A DNA stretch of 64,000 bases from Octopus bimaculoides (lineage: Eukaryota): assembly GCF_001194135.2 (NCBI RefSeq), contig NC_068982.1:35476744-35540743 (forward strand), written 5' to 3'. Shown one piece after another: positions 59,916 to 64,000 of the stretch. Below the pieces are notes generated by a model. It searched no databases and was not told the origin of the DNA. It worked only from the letters and a program-made list of their open reading frames with translations. A program made the position numbers and the translations under genes. How positions within the stretch are numbered: position 1 is the stretch's first letter; each line of letters begins with the position of its first letter.

Positions 59916-62104
59916 TTGCTCAATCCAGGGTATTATTATCTTGCTTGAAAACAGGTGAGAGTAGGCAATAGAAGGGGGCATCCAGCTGTAGAAAATCTAC
60001 CTCAACAAATTCCATTTAGCCCATCGAAGCATGAAAAAAAATTGGGCATTTAAATAATGATCATCAGCATTAGAATGGCATAGAATATCAATTCAAATTT
60101 TCTATTTATAGAAAAATCCCAAGTATTGAGTTAATCTTTTTTTGTTTTGTTGCCTTCCATTTGAAAATATTAAATACTCCATTATTGTCTCTGAATTTTT
60201 GTTGTTGGAGATTATCTTCCTAATTACTATAATAATTAGTGATCAATTAGATAAAGAGCCAAAACTTTTATCATCAGTATCATCTCCATCTTCATCATCA
60301 TCATCATCGACATCACACCATTCATTATTAATGGTTCAACATGCATATTTTGCAGCTAACTTATTTTGCATACATTTGCATTGTTGCATCTTTTTAATTA
60401 TTTATTCAAACCTTCTGTAAACTTTATGCTTTTTGAATAATTCCAAACATTTTTGCATCACATTCTCTGTTACCCTATCCATTACACTTGTTACTATATA
60501 GAGCTAGTTCTTTATTTGTTTTGTTTTATTGTTTGTTTTTGCTTTCTAACTTTATGATCATCGATTATCTCTATTGTATTGTATTGTATTATGTCTGGAG
60601 CATTATTTTTTTTAAATGAAGTAACCAATGTCACTATTACTCATCTACATTTTGAGGGCACAGTTCTGATATCTGATCTCTCTCTCTCTCTCTCTCTCTC
60701 TCTTTGTCACACACACACACACACTCACATACTCCCTCTCTCATGCACACACACCCTCTCTCATGCACACCCACACACACTCCCTCTCTCATGCATACAC
60801 ACACATATCTCCCTCTCATTCTCTCTCACACACTCATACTCATATACACCCCCTCTCTCTCTCTCATACTTACACACACACACACACACACACTCCCTGT
60901 CTCTCACTTACACACTCATATACAATTTTTCACACCTCTCTCTCACACACACTGTCTCTCTTTAACACACTCTCTCTCACTCACACTCTCTTACACACAT
61001 ATTCTACTCCTCCTTTCTCTCTCTCTCTCTCTCTGTTTCTCTGTCTATTCATTTAACTATCTATCTGTCCATTTCTCTCTCTTTCAGTTTATCTATTGAA
61101 TTAAAGCTATAAAATTTTAAAATGTTTAGGCCAATCTTAGCTCTTAACATTCACATGCACTCACATGCACCCAGACACACACATGACCATGCAAAACACA
61201 CAACTACTACATCAGTTAAGTTTGGTTGTGAATTGAGTAAGACATAAGTTACATTTGATATTTAAACTGATAATATCAAATAATGTGTTTTATGTCCACA
61301 TTTACATGTTTTAGTTTTTAAGTATAAATAATTAAACTTAAACCAAAATACTCCTTGTTTAAAATCCCTCCAGGAGTAATCCTTTCGATCAGAGATTAAT
61401 GATTCATGTGTCTTTTAATCCCATTTTTCGTTGAACATTTTCGAAATTTTATTCTTTAGTCTTTTGAAGGAATCATAATGCTTTCTAAACACTGGAATTA
61501 AAAGAGACTAGTTGTAATCTCCATTGGTGAAAATTTTGTTCAATAAAACTAAAACATAAATTTGTTAATTTATCATGAAGAAGAAGAAAATGCTCGTAAT
61601 ATTAGCATTTTTTAGTAATTTTTAATTAATGTTTTTAGTAAAGAGCCTAAAAATAGATTAGGAGTTGTGATTTTAAAAACTTGTTTTAAAATTTCAAGGA
61701 TTAAGGATATGATTAGCTCTGATAACTATGTGGTCAAAGCAGTTATGGTTATTTTAAATTCTTATTGGCTTCAAGTCAGACAATGGAGAGTTTTAAAAGA
61801 ATGTTGCTATGAGAAAGAAAGTCTAGGAAGGGTATGAAGATTTAAATTTGGGGATGAGACTTAGATTGAGAAATAAAGGAGACAGAGGCATCAAGTAGTC
61901 CACCTTGTGTCTAACTTTGCCTGTTAGATAAACATCTTTTTGTTCAGTTCTCTCTAGAATGTAAGTATGCATCAGAAGTGGGCAATCCCAGATGTGTAAA
62001 CAATCTCTTGGAATAAGGGGAGGAGGGGCATGGGGCCAATAGGCAGCTATTATAATGTTGGATAGAATGCCTCACTATATTTGTTCCAATTATTTCTGCC
62101 TAAA

Positions 62105-62147
<43 letters not shown>

Positions 62148-62151
62148 AGGT

Positions 62152-62310
62152 GCAGGTATGGCTGTGTGGTTAAAACATTTGCTTCAAAACCTTATGGTCT
62201 CAGGTTCAATCTCACTGCAAAGCACTTTCAACAAATGATTTCTACTATAGGTCTGTGTTGACCAAAGCCTTGTGAGTGGATTTGGTGGACAGAAACTGAA
62301 AGAAGCCTAT
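62152..62310 (+). mobile_element. Family A SINE 5' part (further copies 63228-63308 +, 63420-63880 -)
   Basis: ggctgtgtggttaaaac..ggttcaatctcactgc..ccaaagccttgtgagtggatttgg. Confidence 0.75.
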
Positions 62311-62889
62311 CATACATACATACATACATACATAAATACATACATATATATATACATGCATACACATACACACACAAGTGTGTGTGCCTGAGGACTCTCT
62401 CCTACAAGCCTCCCACAAGTGTGTGTGTGCCCTTGTTTTGACATCTTTTACTTGAATGGTATTCAATTCCAATATTCTGCGAAAATATAAAATAAAACCT
62501 TTGTCTGACCACGGGGAAATATTACCTTGCCTGCTGGACAGGAAGGGCATCCAGATACAGAAATTCTGACTTGATAGATTCCATCTAATCCATGCAAGCA
62601 TGGAAATAGTAGATGTTAGTCATCATTAAAGTAAGACACCTTACCTCTCAGAGAGTATTAGGTTACTTGGAGAAGTTTTTTGAAGTGAAATCATTCCTAA
62701 AAATGATGTTGTGTATATCGTTAATCCCTTTGAAATTTATGGTGTTATTTATAGTGATGATGGAGTTACTCATCAGGATGATACTATTGAATATAGGATA
62801 TTAGGGATGAGCTATACAGACAAGGTCAGGTGATGAACTGAAAAAAATCTAAAGTTTATTAGTTTGGTAATTATTAGCTGTTCTTCTAC

Positions 62890-63005
62890 ACTAGCTAATA
62901 TCCTCAATCTTATGAAACTGATCTTCAATTGATTTTGTCATTTCCATGTTTACATTACTTGAAAAAGTCATCTTGTTCATAGCCTCTATTAGCGTGTAGG
63001 TGAAC
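62890..63005 (-). pseudogene. Possible gag-like LTR-retrotransposon relic
   Basis: HLHANRGYEQDDFFK* / (frameshift) MEMTKSIEDQFHKIEDIS resembles from memory HLxxxYGxIxxxDL..PIExLFxxIED of copia-type Gag. Confidence 0.25.
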
Positions 63006-63726
63006 TGATCATTGAGTGTGAGATACCTTCAGTTATAACATGATTGGTATCTTTGATAAGATGCCTGCAACAACACTAGCAACAGTAACATATGTTATGT
63101 GATTTATTAATAATGTATTAATGCCTTTAGACAGACTTGTGAATTTGCAATGGTTAATCTATATAAGTTTTATACATACATACATACATATGTATATACA
63201 CATACATACATACATATATACATACATATGCCTCCCAACCACATAGTTCCCGGTTCAGTCCTACTGCATGGCACCTTGCATGAGTATCTTCTATTATAGC
63301 CTCAGGTTGATGCTTGTGCATGGCATTTTGGCTTGGTCTCTTATAGCTGGGTGCCTTGCCTATCTCTAAGCACTTTACTGAGTGCACCAGGGTAATATTT
63401 TCATGGCACCTGCACTAGTGAGATGATTAAGTTCACAGCAAGGCAGAATTAATAAAACTTCTGTGCTGGGGTACCGTCTTCAAGAAGTTTAGTTGAACGC
63501 AAAACCCCCAGCCTGATGCTTATTCTATTTGCTGTTTTTGTCAAACCACTAAGTTACAGGGACATAAACACACCAACCCCAATTGTCATGTAGTGGTGGG
63601 GAGTAAACACAGACACAAAGACACACACATGCATATATATGTATATATGTGAATGTGTATGTGTGTGTAAAATAATTAAGGTGGCTAGATGCAATTTAAG
63701 ACCAAAAAGGAATATTTTTTTTATAT

Positions 63727-63794
<68 letters not shown>

Positions 63795-64000
63795 GATGGG
63801 CTTCTTTCAACTTCCATTTGCCAAATGCACTTAACAAGGCTTTGGTCAACCCAGAGTATCAGAAGATACTTGGTTATTCTGAAGGTCCAATGGAATATAA
63901 ATTAAATCATGTGATAGCAAAGAGGACCCCTATAAGGGCCATATGGACCCTGATTGAGAGCCACTGTTCTAGAGAATGACATGTGTGAAAGATAGTAACA

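Noticed and set aside
1-64000. CRISPR arrays, rRNA, bona fide tRNA genes, prokaryotic operons
   Set aside because: None seen. tRNA-like segments are SINE heads lacking a complete cloverleaf; the tandem array has 865-bp homologous units without unique spacers.

Overview
Eukaryotic, very AT-rich scaffold window with six N-gaps. The repeat repertoire (tRNA-derived CORE-like, Nin-domain and RTE-tail SINEs; RTE and R4/Dong LINE relics; Penelope-like elements; mariner; dense TA/CA/CT/ATT microsatellites) points to an octopus genome; this is inference. There is no long intact ORF, and almost all entries in the supplied ORF track are microsatellite, SINE or antisense-shadow artefacts. Supported coding relics: Penelope-like RT/GIY-YIG (2068-3260 +, 13250-14377 -, 37545-37830 +), mariner transposase (10695-11425 +), an internally deleted R4/Dong-like LINE in (TAA)n (20362-21030 -) and several RTE fragments. 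Most notable: (1) a six-unit ~865-bp composite tandem array (32500-37465) of SINE piece + unidentified ORF-like segment + RTE endonuclease start; (2) a candidate signal-peptide exon (26220-26268) phase-compatible with a candidate terminal exon at 50018, giving a 32-aa secreted micropeptide, with a recursive splice site as the competing reading; (3) a Penelope 3' end carrying a tRNA-like Pol III cassette upstream of a hammerhead ribozyme; (4) several further hammerhead-like motifs and long near-perfect hairpins. Repeat boundaries are approximate, read by eye.
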